Assembly (NCBI GenBank): GCA_015520425.1
Contig: WAQC01000068.1
Location: 1 to 44,508 of the forward strand
Direction: 5' to 3'
Source: Candidatus Pelearchaeum sp.
GTDB lineage: Archaea; Thermoproteota; Nitrososphaeria_A; Caldarchaeales; Caldarchaeaceae
Length of the DNA: 44,508 nucleotides
The stretch's first letter is position 1; each line of letters opens with the position of its first letter. Under the pieces are notes generated by a model that was not told the origin of the DNA, ran no database searches, and saw only the letters and a program-made list of their open reading frames with translations. Made by a program: the position numbers and the translations under genes. Of this stretch, positions 25,340 to 34,440 are shown piece by piece.

Positions 25340-26419
25340 CTAGTCGGAGTTTTTGCTCTCTGAGCTCATCTTGGCGTGGGCTATTATGCTTATCTGGCCA
25401 GCAACCTGGCGGCACAGAGCTCTAAACGCATCAGCTGACGGCGAGTCCGGCTTAGCTATAACAATAGGAGTTCCAAGGTCGTGATGCTCCCGTATATCTG
25501 GATTGAGCGGAAGCTCGCCTAGGAAGGGGACACCCATGCTCTTAGCCGCTGCTTTAGCGCCGCCGCTTCCAAAGATGCTAGTACGCTTATGGCAGTGTGG
25601 GCACTCAAAGTAGCTCATGTTCTCAACAACTCCTATGATTGGAATACCAAGCTTGGAGAACATCCGTAAAGCCTTTGAGGCTATAGCAACAGCCGCCTCC
25701 TGTGGTGTTGTCACTATTATGACGCCTGTCAGGGGTATGGTCTGGGCCAGCGTTAGGGGAGCGTCACCAGTACCAGGCGGCAGGTCTACGATTAGGTAGT
25801 CAAGCTCCCCCCATTCTGCGTCAGTCAGTAACTGCTTAACAGCCCCAGCCACCAGCGGGCCGCGCCATATAACTGGAGAATCATCCTGGACAAAAAGGCC
25901 GAGAGACATCACCTTAACGTCAAGGAATGTGGTTGCTGGTATGACCTTCCCAGCCAGTGACCTGCTAGGTAGGTTTGTAATCTTGATTATCTTGGGAATC
26001 GTTGGGCCGTATATGTCGGCGTCAAGCAAGCCCACTTTTGCCCCAGTCTCGGCCAGCGCGAGAGCCAGGTTCACCGCCACAGTAGATTTGCCTACACCTC
26101 CCTTACCGCTTGCTATTGCTACGACGTTCTTGATGTTGGTGAATAGGTCTTCGGGAGATGTAGGCCGAGCAGACCATACGCGCGCTGTAACCTTCATATC
26201 AACGTCGCGCACACCTGGTATGCTGGCAACCGCTTGCCGTGCCTCGCGTTCAATCTGGGCATTAAACGGGCATGCTGGAGTTGTAAGTTCTAGAGTAAAG
26301 CTAACCCTCTCGCCTTCAACTTTCACATCCTTAATCATGCCAAGAGATACAATATCACGGCCAAGCTCAGGGTCTACAACCCTCCTTAACGATTGTATAA
26401 CATCTTTTTCGCTAGGCAA
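25340..26419 (-). CDS. apbC: Mrp/NBP35/ApbC-family Fe-S cluster carrier ATPase with N-terminal DUF59 domain
   Basis: 359 aa. DUF59-like start (LRRVVDPELGRDIVSLGMI), deviant Walker A SGKGGVGKST, and the CPHC motif (ECPHCHKRTSIFG). Confidence 0.9.
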   Translation of the reverse strand: MPSEKDVIQSLRRVVDPELGRDIVSLGMIKDVKVEGERVSFTLELTTPACPFNAQIEREARQAVASIPGVRDVDMKVTARVWSARPTSPEDLFTNIKNVVAIASGKGGVGKSTVAVNLALALAETGAKVGLLDADIYGPTIPKIIKITNLPSRSLAGKVIPATTFLDVKVMSLGLFVQDDSPVIWRGPLVAGAVKQLLTDAEWGELDYLIVDLPPGTGDAPLTLAQTIPLTGVIIVTTPQEAAVAIASKALRMFSKLGIPIIGVVENMSYFECPHCHKRTSIFGSGGAKAAAKSMGVPFLGELPLNPDIREHHDLGTPIVIAKPDSPSADAFRALCRQVAGQISIIAHAKMSSESKNSD

Positions 26420-26490
26420 ATTTTATCCCACTAACGATTTTTATGCGGGATTAGTATTTTAGCGTTATCGGCCTAAAAGATGATGGATAA

Positions 26491-28095
26491 CTAGGCCCTC
26501 AAGCCTAGTTCTGTTGGCTTCTGGTAGGTTCCGAATACTTGTCTCAGTATATCGGAAATCTCTCCTAGCGTAGCTCTTGCCTTGACGCACTCTAGTATGG
26601 GTGGTATTAGATTATCCTCGCCTTCTGCGCTCTCCCTAAGCCGCGTTAAAGCCTTCTTAACTTCACCCAAGTCGCGCGCATTTCTAAACTGCTTCAAGCG
26701 TTCCACTTGTATCCTCTCAAGCTCAGGGTCTACTTTCATCAAGTCAATACGCGGAATCTCACCACTCTTAAACATATTAACGCCTATGATTATCCTCTCG
26801 CCTTCCTCAACCTCACGTTGGAACAAGTATGCGGAATCGCGGATTTCGTTAATCATTCTCGTTATTGCCTGTTCCAGTGGAAGCTTTCGCAACTCCTCCA
26901 GAAGCTTCCAAGCTCTATCCTCAACCTCATCCGTTAATGTCTCCACATAATATGAGCCAGCGAGGGGGTCTATTGTTGCTGGTATATTAGTCTCATATGC
27001 TATTATCTGCTGTGTTCTCAGAGCGAGCTTGGCTGACAGTTCTGTGGGTATGGCTAGTGCCTCATCATACGCGTTTGTGTGAAGAGACTGTGTTCCTCCA
27101 AGTATTGCGGAGAGAGCTTGGAGCGTTACGCGTGTGATGTTGTTCATAGGCTCTATTGCTGTGAGAGAAGCTCCAGATGTCTGGGTGTGGAATTTGAGCA
27201 TCATGGACTCGCGTTTTTTCGCACCATACCACTCGCGCATTATCGTTGCCCAAATTCTGCGCGCTGCTCTAAACTTAGCTATCTCCTCAAAAAAGTCCAT
27301 ACCCGCTACGAAGAAGAAAGAGAGCGTCGGCGCAAACTCGTCAATATCTAACCCCCGCTCAAGGGCTCGCTCAACATATACACATGCATTATAGAATGTG
27401 AATGCGAGTTCCTGAACCGCTGTTGCGCCTGCTTCGCGCATGTGGTAGCCGCTTATACTTATGGGATGAAACTTCGGGACATTTCTGGAGGTATATTCTA
27501 TTATATCTACAGCCAGGCGTAGCGATGGTTCTGGCGGGTAGATAAAGGTATTGCGTGCTATGAATTCCTTTAGTATATCATTCTGGACGGTTCCCCTTAG
27601 TTGCTCTGGTTTTATCCCGTGTCTAGCAGCCTCTGCTATGTAGAAGGAGAGTAGTATTGCTGCTGTTGAGTTTATGGTCATGGATGTGCTTACCTTATCT
27701 AGTGGTATTCCATCCATTAGGCGTGACATGTCATCTATTGTTGATATTGCGACACCAACTTTGCCCACCTCACCAGCGGCGCGTGGGTGGTCTGAGTCAT
27801 ACCCCATCTGGGTGGGCAGGTCAAATGCTACGCTAAGCCCTGTCTGGCCTTGCGCTAAGAGAAACCTGAATCTCTTGTTTGTTTCTTCCGCGCTTCCGAA
27901 GCCTGAGTATTGACGCATGGTCCAGAGCCGCTGCCTATACATGAGGGGATATATCCCGCGTGTGAATGGATACTCGCCAGGAAGACCTAGTTTTGCTTTT
28001 AGGTTTCGGTCTTTAATATCCTCCTCAGTGTAGAGAGGCTTTATATCAATACCTGACTCGGTTTTCCAGCTTTTCTTGCTCTGCATAGGTACCAC
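26491..28095 (-). CDS. mcmA: Methylmalonyl-CoA mutase, large (catalytic) subunit
   Basis: 534 aa. PGEYPFTRGIYPLMYRQRLWTMRQYSGFG and TGLSVAFDLPTQMGYDSDHP are classic MCM catalytic-domain motifs. No B12-binding domain is fused. Confidence 0.9.
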   Translation of the reverse strand: MVPMQSKKSWKTESGIDIKPLYTEEDIKDRNLKAKLGLPGEYPFTRGIYPLMYRQRLWTMRQYSGFGSAEETNKRFRFLLAQGQTGLSVAFDLPTQMGYDSDHPRAAGEVGKVGVAISTIDDMSRLMDGIPLDKVSTSMTINSTAAILLSFYIAEAARHGIKPEQLRGTVQNDILKEFIARNTFIYPPEPSLRLAVDIIEYTSRNVPKFHPISISGYHMREAGATAVQELAFTFYNACVYVERALERGLDIDEFAPTLSFFFVAGMDFFEEIAKFRAARRIWATIMREWYGAKKRESMMLKFHTQTSGASLTAIEPMNNITRVTLQALSAILGGTQSLHTNAYDEALAIPTELSAKLALRTQQIIAYETNIPATIDPLAGSYYVETLTDEVEDRAWKLLEELRKLPLEQAITRMINEIRDSAYLFQREVEEGERIIIGVNMFKSGEIPRIDLMKVDPELERIQVERLKQFRNARDLGEVKKALTRLRESAEGEDNLIPPILECVKARATLGEISDILRQVFGTYQKPTELGLRA

Positions 28096-28124
28096 GCTCT
28101 AGAGCAACTATAATCCTAATAGTC

Positions 28125-29054
28125 TTAAACCTTTAACCCATGTCTTAAGCGCTGGGCAATCTCATGAGCTGCTGCTTCAATAGTTATCTCACGCTCCAAT
28201 ATCATATCAACGTATTTCCTCATCTCTTTATTGGAGTCTATTAATTCGGTTATCTGTGGTGTTAGGTGTTTTATGACCGCAAAAGCCAGCGCATCCTCTA
28301 TACGTTTTCTTCTTCTCTGGCTTGTTGAATCTTGTTTCTCCTGTAACTCTAGTAACTTCTCAGCAAGCTCTCTCACACCCTCGCCTGTTAGCGCTGATGT
28401 CTTGAGTATCTTGATATTGTTGGGTAGTGTGTTTCTGAGTATGTTTATGGTCGTTTCTGCTCCAGGTATGTCGGATTTATTCACCACCACTATGTCTGCA
28501 ATCTCCAGTATGCCTGCTTTAAGGCTCTGAATCTCGTCCCCAGTTTGAGGCATCACGACAAGCATAACGACATCAGCTATTCGCGCAACCTCCACATCAC
28601 TCTGACCAGCGCCCACAGTTTCTATCATTATGACATCCTTCCCAGAAGCTTCAAGAAGTTTCGCAGCGCCCTCGGCGGCTTCTGAAAGTCCTCCAAGCCC
28701 GCCTCTACTAGCCATACTTCTTATGAATATCTTATCAACCAGCGCTGCGTCAATCATTCTAAGCCTATCGCCCAGAACAGCTCCGCCTGTGAAAGGGCTT
28801 GTAGGGTCTATCGCAAGTATCCCCACATCAAGCCCCCGCTCAGCAAAATCTAGGGCAAGCCGCCCTAGTAGTGTGCTCTTTCCCGCCCCAGGGGCTCCTG
28901 TAACACCTATGATGAGCGCTTTTCTATCCCGCTTCGGTAGCTGAGCTAGAACAGCCCTAGCAGCGCTACTGTCGGATTCAATCAACGTTATTGCCCGCGC
29001 TATCGCCCGTCTATCACCTGAGACAACGCCTCTAACATACTCATCTATATTCAA
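28125..29054 (-). CDS. meaB: Methylmalonyl-CoA mutase-associated GTPase MeaB/ArgK
   Basis: 309 aa. P-loop GVTGAPGAGKSTL, NKSD specificity motif, adjacent to mcmA. Confidence 0.9.
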   Translation of the reverse strand: MNIDEYVRGVVSGDRRAIARAITLIESDSSAARAVLAQLPKRDRKALIIGVTGAPGAGKSTLLGRLALDFAERGLDVGILAIDPTSPFTGGAVLGDRLRMIDAALVDKIFIRSMASRGGLGGLSEAAEGAAKLLEASGKDVIMIETVGAGQSDVEVARIADVVMLVVMPQTGDEIQSLKAGILEIADIVVVNKSDIPGAETTINILRNTLPNNIKILKTSALTGEGVRELAEKLLELQEKQDSTSQRRRKRIEDALAFAVIKHLTPQITELIDSNKEMRKYVDMILEREITIEAAAHEIAQRLRHGLKV

Positions 29055-29083
29055 GGACTCTCCAACCCCTCTTATAGGGCTGG

Positions 29084-29626
29084 TTATTGATTAGGGTTTT
29101 GAGGCTCCAGCTCTATGAGAAGCTGTCCCTTAACAACGCTCTGGCCTGTTTTGATATGTATCTTCTTCACAATACCCTTGTGGGGAGCGCCTATCATTAT
29201 TTCGGTCTTCATAGATTCTAACACCGCTAGTGGCTGGCCCGCGTCTATAACAGAGCCCTCATCCACCATTAATTTGATAACCTTACCTGGAACAGGGCAT
29301 GTGATTACGCCGTGCTGAGCTTGCTCTACCGCGGCTCGCCGTGTTGCTGAGTATGGTCGTGAAAGCTCGGCCCTATAAGCTATTCCACCAAGCCAAAGAG
29401 TAATTAAATCACCGCCAGAACGCTCAACCGCGAACGAAAAGCTCCTACCATCACTAGTTTTAAGAACAATCTCATCCTCATTCTTACTGACCAACGCTAC
29501 TTCAACCTTCTCATCATTAATGTTGATGACCATCCTGCCCTCAGACTCCTCTACCACAACAGTAACCCTACGGCCGTCCAGCGTGAGGTTGATTCTCCTA
29601 GATGAGGTCATAATATCTAGCACCAA
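29084..29626 (-). CDS. accB: Biotin carboxyl carrier protein of acetyl/propionyl-CoA carboxylase
   Basis: 180 aa. C-terminal biotinyl domain with LAVLESMKTEIMIGAP (biotin-Lys in the MKT motif). Overlaps the accC stop. Confidence 0.8.
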   Translation of the reverse strand: MVLDIMTSSRRINLTLDGRRVTVVVEESEGRMVININDEKVEVALVSKNEDEIVLKTSDGRSFSFAVERSGGDLITLWLGGIAYRAELSRPYSATRRAAVEQAQHGVITCPVPGKVIKLMVDEGSVIDAGQPLAVLESMKTEIMIGAPHKGIVKKIHIKTGQSVVKGQLLIELEPQNPNQ

Positions 29627-31106
29627 CTATACGTCTCCGTTCTCTAGTTTGTTCCTGGCGTGTTGGGCGTTGCATATTATTACGGAAATATGCTATCGCG
29701 GCGGCTACCGCATAGAGCTGGACTGAATTCTTCTCCTCTTCAATCTGCTTCTTAACTTTCTCCAAGATTTTCCGCCGCTCTATGAAGTCTGTATCAAGAT
29801 TGCCTGATATGAAGTCTCTGTCCTCTAAAACAGCCTTGTGGAGAGGTGCTGTTGTGGCTATTCCCTCTATGCGCATCTCATTAAGCGCGCGCAAGCATCT
29901 TCTACGCGCCTCCTCAAAAGAAACGCCCCAGCAGACTAGCTTAGCTATTAGAGAGTCGTAAAAAGCGGAGAGCTCCATCCCTTCGTATAATGCTGTATCA
30001 ACCCGCACTCCAGGGCCGTTGGGTATGTGTAGCCGTATAACACGGCCTGTTGAGGGAGCAAAATCACTAAGGGGGTCTTCCGCGTTAATCCTACATTCTA
30101 TAGCTGCGCCTATAGGGCGTATTTCATCTTGGGAGAAGGGAAGCGCCTCACCACCTGCTAGGAGTATCTGCTGCTTCACTATATCAATCCCTGTGCGCAT
30201 CTCCGTTACTGGATGCTCTACCTGCAGTCTAGCATTAACCTCAATAAAGTAGAGCCTCCTCTCTCTATCTAGGAGAAACTCTATAGTCCCCGCGTTCATG
30301 TAGTTTATCGCGCGTGCTGCTGCAACAGCGACCTCACCCATCGTAGCCCTTAGTTCTTCATCCAACGCTGGCGAGGGGGAGATTTCAACAAGCTTCTGAA
30401 AACGGCGCTGTATGCTGCATTCTCTTTCATGTAGATGCACCACATTCCCACTTCTGTCGGCTAGTATCTGGAACTCTATATGCCTGGCAGGCTTTATTAT
30501 CTTCTCAACATACAGCGCTGTACGCCCAAAGGCTGTACCAGCCTCCGCTGCTGCTATGCTATACGCCTGCCTAAGCTCCTCTGGGTTATTTACTACGCGT
30601 ATCCCCCTCCCACCGCCGCCGTAAACTGCTTTAAGCATGACTGGATACCCAACCTTATCGGCAAAGCTTAACGCCTCCTCAAGCTCAACAGGCCTATCAA
30701 CCCCTGGAACCGTCGGGACACCAGCACTAGAAACGACTCTCCTACACTCAACCTTGTTCCCAGCAAGCTCAAGAGTGCGGCTGCTGGGGCCTATGAAGAT
30801 AATCCCCTCCTCCTCACAGCGCTTAGCGAATAGTGGATTCTCAGATAAGAAACCATACCCAGGATGCACTGCGTCAACGCCACTTAAACGCGCTATCTTG
30901 ATAATCTTTTCAATATTCAGATAACTCTCGGATGGCTCGGAACCGCCCAAAGCGTAGGAGCTGTCAGATAGCCTGACTGGAAGGCTGCCAGCATCAACGT
31001 CGGAATATACTGTTACTGGCTTTACACCAAGCTCTCGGCATGCGCGGATTATCCTAAGAGCTATCTCGCCTCTATTCGCTATAAGCACTTTCCTAATCTC
31101 GCGCAT
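29598..31106 (-). CDS. accC: Biotin carboxylase subunit of acetyl/propionyl-CoA carboxylase
   Basis: 502 aa. KVLIANRGEIALRIIRACRELG, GYPVMLKAVYGGGGRGIRVV and EVNARLQVEHPVTE are canonical ATP-grasp biotin-carboxylase motifs. Confidence 0.92.
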   Translation of the reverse strand: MREIRKVLIANRGEIALRIIRACRELGVKPVTVYSDVDAGSLPVRLSDSSYALGGSEPSESYLNIEKIIKIARLSGVDAVHPGYGFLSENPLFAKRCEEEGIIFIGPSSRTLELAGNKVECRRVVSSAGVPTVPGVDRPVELEEALSFADKVGYPVMLKAVYGGGGRGIRVVNNPEELRQAYSIAAAEAGTAFGRTALYVEKIIKPARHIEFQILADRSGNVVHLHERECSIQRRFQKLVEISPSPALDEELRATMGEVAVAAARAINYMNAGTIEFLLDRERRLYFIEVNARLQVEHPVTEMRTGIDIVKQQILLAGGEALPFSQDEIRPIGAAIECRINAEDPLSDFAPSTGRVIRLHIPNGPGVRVDTALYEGMELSAFYDSLIAKLVCWGVSFEEARRRCLRALNEMRIEGIATTAPLHKAVLEDRDFISGNLDTDFIERRKILEKVKKQIEEEKNSVQLYAVAAAIAYFRNNMQRPTRQEQTRERRRIVGARYYDLI

Positions 31107-31139
31107 CTATCGCCCTAGCACAATAAAAGGGCTGTATAT

Positions 31140-31403
31140 TTAGCTGACTTCCAGCTGGTTCCGCAGCTTCATGAGGAGATAGCGCCGATAAATCCTAGGT
31201 CCTATAGCAGCGTTCAGGATAGCCAGGGCTTGTATAGTTCCGTGCGTGAGTGCGAAGACTAATAGAGACTGTTTAAGTATTACGAGGGTTATTATCCCAG
31301 TTACAAATATGAACGCGTGGACGAGTATTGCTAGAACTACCGCGTTGGTCTGGTAGCGTTTAACCGCGTCTTCAATCTGGCTGAGCGTCATAGCCGAACA
31401 CAT
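31140..31403 (-). CDS. Small membrane protein, unknown function
   Basis: 87 aa with two or three hydrophobic helices. Lies between accC and the oxidase cluster on the same strand. Confidence 0.35.
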   Translation of the reverse strand: MCSAMTLSQIEDAVKRYQTNAVVLAILVHAFIFVTGIITLVILKQSLLVFALTHGTIQALAILNAAIGPRIYRRYLLMKLRNQLEVS

Positions 31404-31441
31404 TTAGGTGATTATGATAGTTTTTGATAAGTTTTTCGCGG

Positions 31442-32164
31442 CTACCTCTTCTGTTCAACCACAACACCCTGGCCACGTGATATGAGCGTATGCACAAGAT
31501 AACCCACCGCGGCGAAGTCCATCAAAGGCGCGGCAACCAACATTATTATCCCAGCATCATGGTGCTGGCTGAGTGGATACAGCTTATACACGTAGTCGCT
31601 TACCTGAGACAGGTAGAGACCAGCCCATAGCATAACTTTCCCAAAAGCTATAGCTATAACAGCCCTACGCGGCGGCGATAGCTGCTTAACGCTCAGATAG
31701 ACGAGCCCACCCAAAACCATAAAGCTAATATGCATAATCTCGTGCAACAGGCTGTCAAGCGTGCCATTAACCAAGACATCGGGAATATGCCAGTATCCCA
31801 GTATTGCAGCAGCTCCAGTCAGCCCTGGAACGCCAGACCAATTCAGCTTTTTATTAAGAACGAGAAAACGCGTATAAAACGCTCTCAGCATGCTAACGCG
31901 CGGCGAGTGTCGGGAGGAAGTTAAAATAAGTTGGATAATATCCTCGGATAGTGAGAGGATTAGAAAGCCTGAAGAAGCGAAGAGAAAATGCTCTACCATC
32001 ATGTGAAATATGAAGTTTGTTATCTCCAGCTCGTCTATTCCTGGGAATGTGTATAGGAATGTAAAGACAGCAGCGATGTATGTTGATTTATAAAAAATGT
32101 GAGATAGTTTCTTTGCGTGTTGCCGTTGAGCTGCTCTAGCCATGGCGCTGTGCTTCGGCCTCAT
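31442..32164 (-). CDS. Polytopic membrane protein, possibly CtaG/DUF1404-like oxidase assembly factor
   Basis: 240 aa. His/Met-containing helices (HMMVEHFLFASSG; HEIMHISFMVLGG). Overlaps the 3' end of the oxidase subunit I gene. The assignment rests mainly on context. Confidence 0.4.
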   Translation of the reverse strand: MRPKHSAMARAAQRQHAKKLSHIFYKSTYIAAVFTFLYTFPGIDELEITNFIFHMMVEHFLFASSGFLILSLSEDIIQLILTSSRHSPRVSMLRAFYTRFLVLNKKLNWSGVPGLTGAAAILGYWHIPDVLVNGTLDSLLHEIMHISFMVLGGLVYLSVKQLSPPRRAVIAIAFGKVMLWAGLYLSQVSDYVYKLYPLSQHHDAGIIMLVAAPLMDFAAVGYLVHTLISRGQGVVVEQKR

Positions 32165-33692
32165 TCATGGCCTCGCCCATAAAGTCGGGCATGCCATTCT
32201 TAGCCGCGTCCCACGGGTCTGGGCTTGCTGCTGGCCCCTTCTTCCAGCTAATCAGCAGGTTTAGCAGGAAGATTATAGTTCCAACACCTATCAATATCGC
32301 TCCAAACGTGGCTAGAGCGTGAAGCCCCTGGAACTCTGGCAGATACTCGTAGTAGCGTCTCGGCATGCCCAGGAGCCCTAGCGCTAGCATGGGTATGTAC
32401 AGCAAGTACTGCCCTACGTTGGCACTTATGAAATGAACCTTACCCAAGGTCTCGCTGTACATCCTCTTGGTGAAGTGTGGGAAGTAGTAGTAGGTCGCGG
32501 CGAAGGCGGCTTGGCTTATCGCTCCGAAGAGAATAAGGTGGAAGTGGCCAACAACAAAGTACGTGTCCTGTAGATGGAAGTCAACAGGTATCCCAGCGTG
32601 GAATACGCCTGTTATTCCACCTACTATGAATGTGCCTATGAAGCTCAGCGTGAAGAGCGTGGGAGTGTTAAACCTTATCTTACCGCCATACAGAGTAGCC
32701 TCCCAGTTAATCACCTTTATTCCAGAGGGTATAGCTACAGCCATAGTCATCAACATGAATGGGGCTAGCGCCTTTATTGACATGCCAGTCGTGAACATGT
32801 GGTGCGCCCATACGCCGAAGCCGAGTACTCCTATGAGGACTGTTGAGTACGCTATTGCCTTGTAGCCGTATATTGGCCGTTTCACAAGCCTTGGTAATAT
32901 CTCGGAGATTATTCCCATGGCTGGGAGTACTAGTATGTAAACCTCTGGATGCCCAAAGAACCAGAATAGGTGCTGCCAGAGTATGGGGTCTCCCCCGCCT
33001 TCGGGTATGTAGAACTGGGTGCCGAAGTTTCTGTCTAGTAGGAGTAGTGTGAGGCCGAATGCGAGTACTGGGACAGCCAGGATTATGATGAATGCTGTAA
33101 CCGCTATAGACCAGACGAAAAGGGGCATGTTGCTGAAGTTTATTCCAGGCCTACGTAGCCGCCATATTGTTACTATGAAGTTTAGGGAGCCGATTATAGA
33201 GGACGTCCCTACTATATGTAAGCTCAATATCCACATATCCACGCCTATGTCTGGCTGGATTACGGTTAGTGGAGCGTAGCCTGTCCAGCTTATATTGGGC
33301 CAGCCTATGAGAAGCAGGGCGGCTGCCACTGGCAGAAGCCAGAAGCTCAGGGCATTTAGCTTCGGGTAGTATAGGTCTGGCGCGCCTATCATCTTGGGGA
33401 CCATGTAGTTGGCAAACCCGAAGAACACTGGAGTTGCCCAGAAGAATATCATTAACGTACCATGAACGGTGAAGAGACTGTTATAGAAGTTTGCGTCAAC
33501 TACGTTTCCTTCAGGTGTCGCGAGTTCCCAGCGCATCCAGAGGGCGAAGAGGCCGCCTACTATGAGGAAGATATAGGAGAACGCAAAGTATAGCATTCCT
33601 ATCTCCGTATGGTGTGTGGTCGTGAGTATTCTCCTCAGGCTCTTATACCAAGGTGTGTGCCGCCTTTCAACATGGGTTTGAGCTGTGGTCAA
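32136..33692 (-). CDS. Heme-copper oxidase subunit I
   Basis: 518 aa. HTEIGMLYF, FTVHGTLMIFF, WFFGHPEVYILVLP (CuB His with cross-link Tyr region), VWAHHMFT, VVGHFH. Confidence 0.92.
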   Translation of the reverse strand: MTTAQTHVERRHTPWYKSLRRILTTTHHTEIGMLYFAFSYIFLIVGGLFALWMRWELATPEGNVVDANFYNSLFTVHGTLMIFFWATPVFFGFANYMVPKMIGAPDLYYPKLNALSFWLLPVAAALLLIGWPNISWTGYAPLTVIQPDIGVDMWILSLHIVGTSSIIGSLNFIVTIWRLRRPGINFSNMPLFVWSIAVTAFIIILAVPVLAFGLTLLLLDRNFGTQFYIPEGGGDPILWQHLFWFFGHPEVYILVLPAMGIISEILPRLVKRPIYGYKAIAYSTVLIGVLGFGVWAHHMFTTGMSIKALAPFMLMTMAVAIPSGIKVINWEATLYGGKIRFNTPTLFTLSFIGTFIVGGITGVFHAGIPVDFHLQDTYFVVGHFHLILFGAISQAAFAATYYYFPHFTKRMYSETLGKVHFISANVGQYLLYIPMLALGLLGMPRRYYEYLPEFQGLHALATFGAILIGVGTIIFLLNLLISWKKGPAASPDPWDAAKNGMPDFMGEAMNEAEAQRHG

Positions 33693-33715
33693 TTACATAA
33701 TCACCTCATCAATCA

Positions 33716-34141
33716 TTATTCTACTATTAGCTTGGCAAGCATGTTGGAATGACCTGAGCCGCAGAACTCGGCGCACTGGATAACGTACTCGCCAGGCTTC
33801 ATCGGTGTGAAAGTCAAGACATTAACCTGTCCAGGGACTACATCTTTCTTTAAGCCAAAATCTCTGATGTAGAGGCTGTGTATGACATCTTCGCTTATCA
33901 ATTCTAGCTTAACTGTTTGTCCTGCTTTGACGCGTAGCTCGGCTGAGCGTGTTCCATCGGGGTATATGAATTCCCAGGCGAATTGCCTAGCCCTTACTTC
34001 AATAGTTATATCAGCCTCTTGTGCCTGTGCTTCAAATTGGCTGACCGTGAACCATGATGCTATTCCTATATAGGCGAATAGTATCGCTGCTCCTATTATT
34101 GTCCCCCACTCCACGTATCTAACTCTCGTCATCTTCATCAA
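33716..34141 (-). CDS. Heme-copper oxidase subunit II (single TM, CuA cupredoxin domain)
   Basis: 141 aa. VIHSLYI and CAEFCGSGHSNM give the CuA ligand pattern H...CxExCGxxHxxM. Confidence 0.85.
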   Translation of the reverse strand: MMKMTRVRYVEWGTIIGAAILFAYIGIASWFTVSQFEAQAQEADITIEVRARQFAWEFIYPDGTRSAELRVKAGQTVKLELISEDVIHSLYIRDFGLKKDVVPGQVNVLTFTPMKPGEYVIQCAEFCGSGHSNMLAKLIVE

Positions 34142-34368
34142 CCCCTTTCTCGGAACTTTATGCTCATCCAGATTAGCGAGCCTAGGAATATCGCCCCCAC
34201 GGCCGAGCCTGAGACGTAGATGAACTGGTAGAGCTGGTTTATCCGCACCGTTTCAGGGGAAACTGGTTCAAAGAGCTGTCCGAAGTTGCCCAGCGCTAGT
34301 AAAGCGGCGAAAAGGGCTATGATTATCCCGGCCCAGGCAGCGTAATCTCCTGCCGAGAGTTTTTCCAT
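34138..34368 (-). CDS. Small two-helix membrane protein, first gene of the oxidase operon (possible accessory subunit)
   Basis: 76 aa with two hydrophobic helices. 4-nt overlap with the subunit II start. Confidence 0.4.
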   Translation of the reverse strand: MEKLSAGDYAAWAGIIIALFAALLALGNFGQLFEPVSPETVRINQLYQFIYVSGSAVGAIFLGSLIWMSIKFRERG

Positions 34369-34375
34369 ATATTTC

Positions 34376-34393
34376 CACCTAACCTGTTAGGTG
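34376..34393. promoter_or_regulatory. Perfect palindrome CACCTAAC-CT-GTTAGGTG just upstream of the oxidase operon
   Basis: 8-bp arms with a 2-nt spacer, 8 nt upstream of the start at 34368. An AT-rich TATA-like stretch lies at about 34411-34430. Confidence 0.35.
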
Positions 34394-34440
34394 AAAATGG
34401 TCATTCTCACTATTTAGAGTTTATTATTACTTGCAAAACG

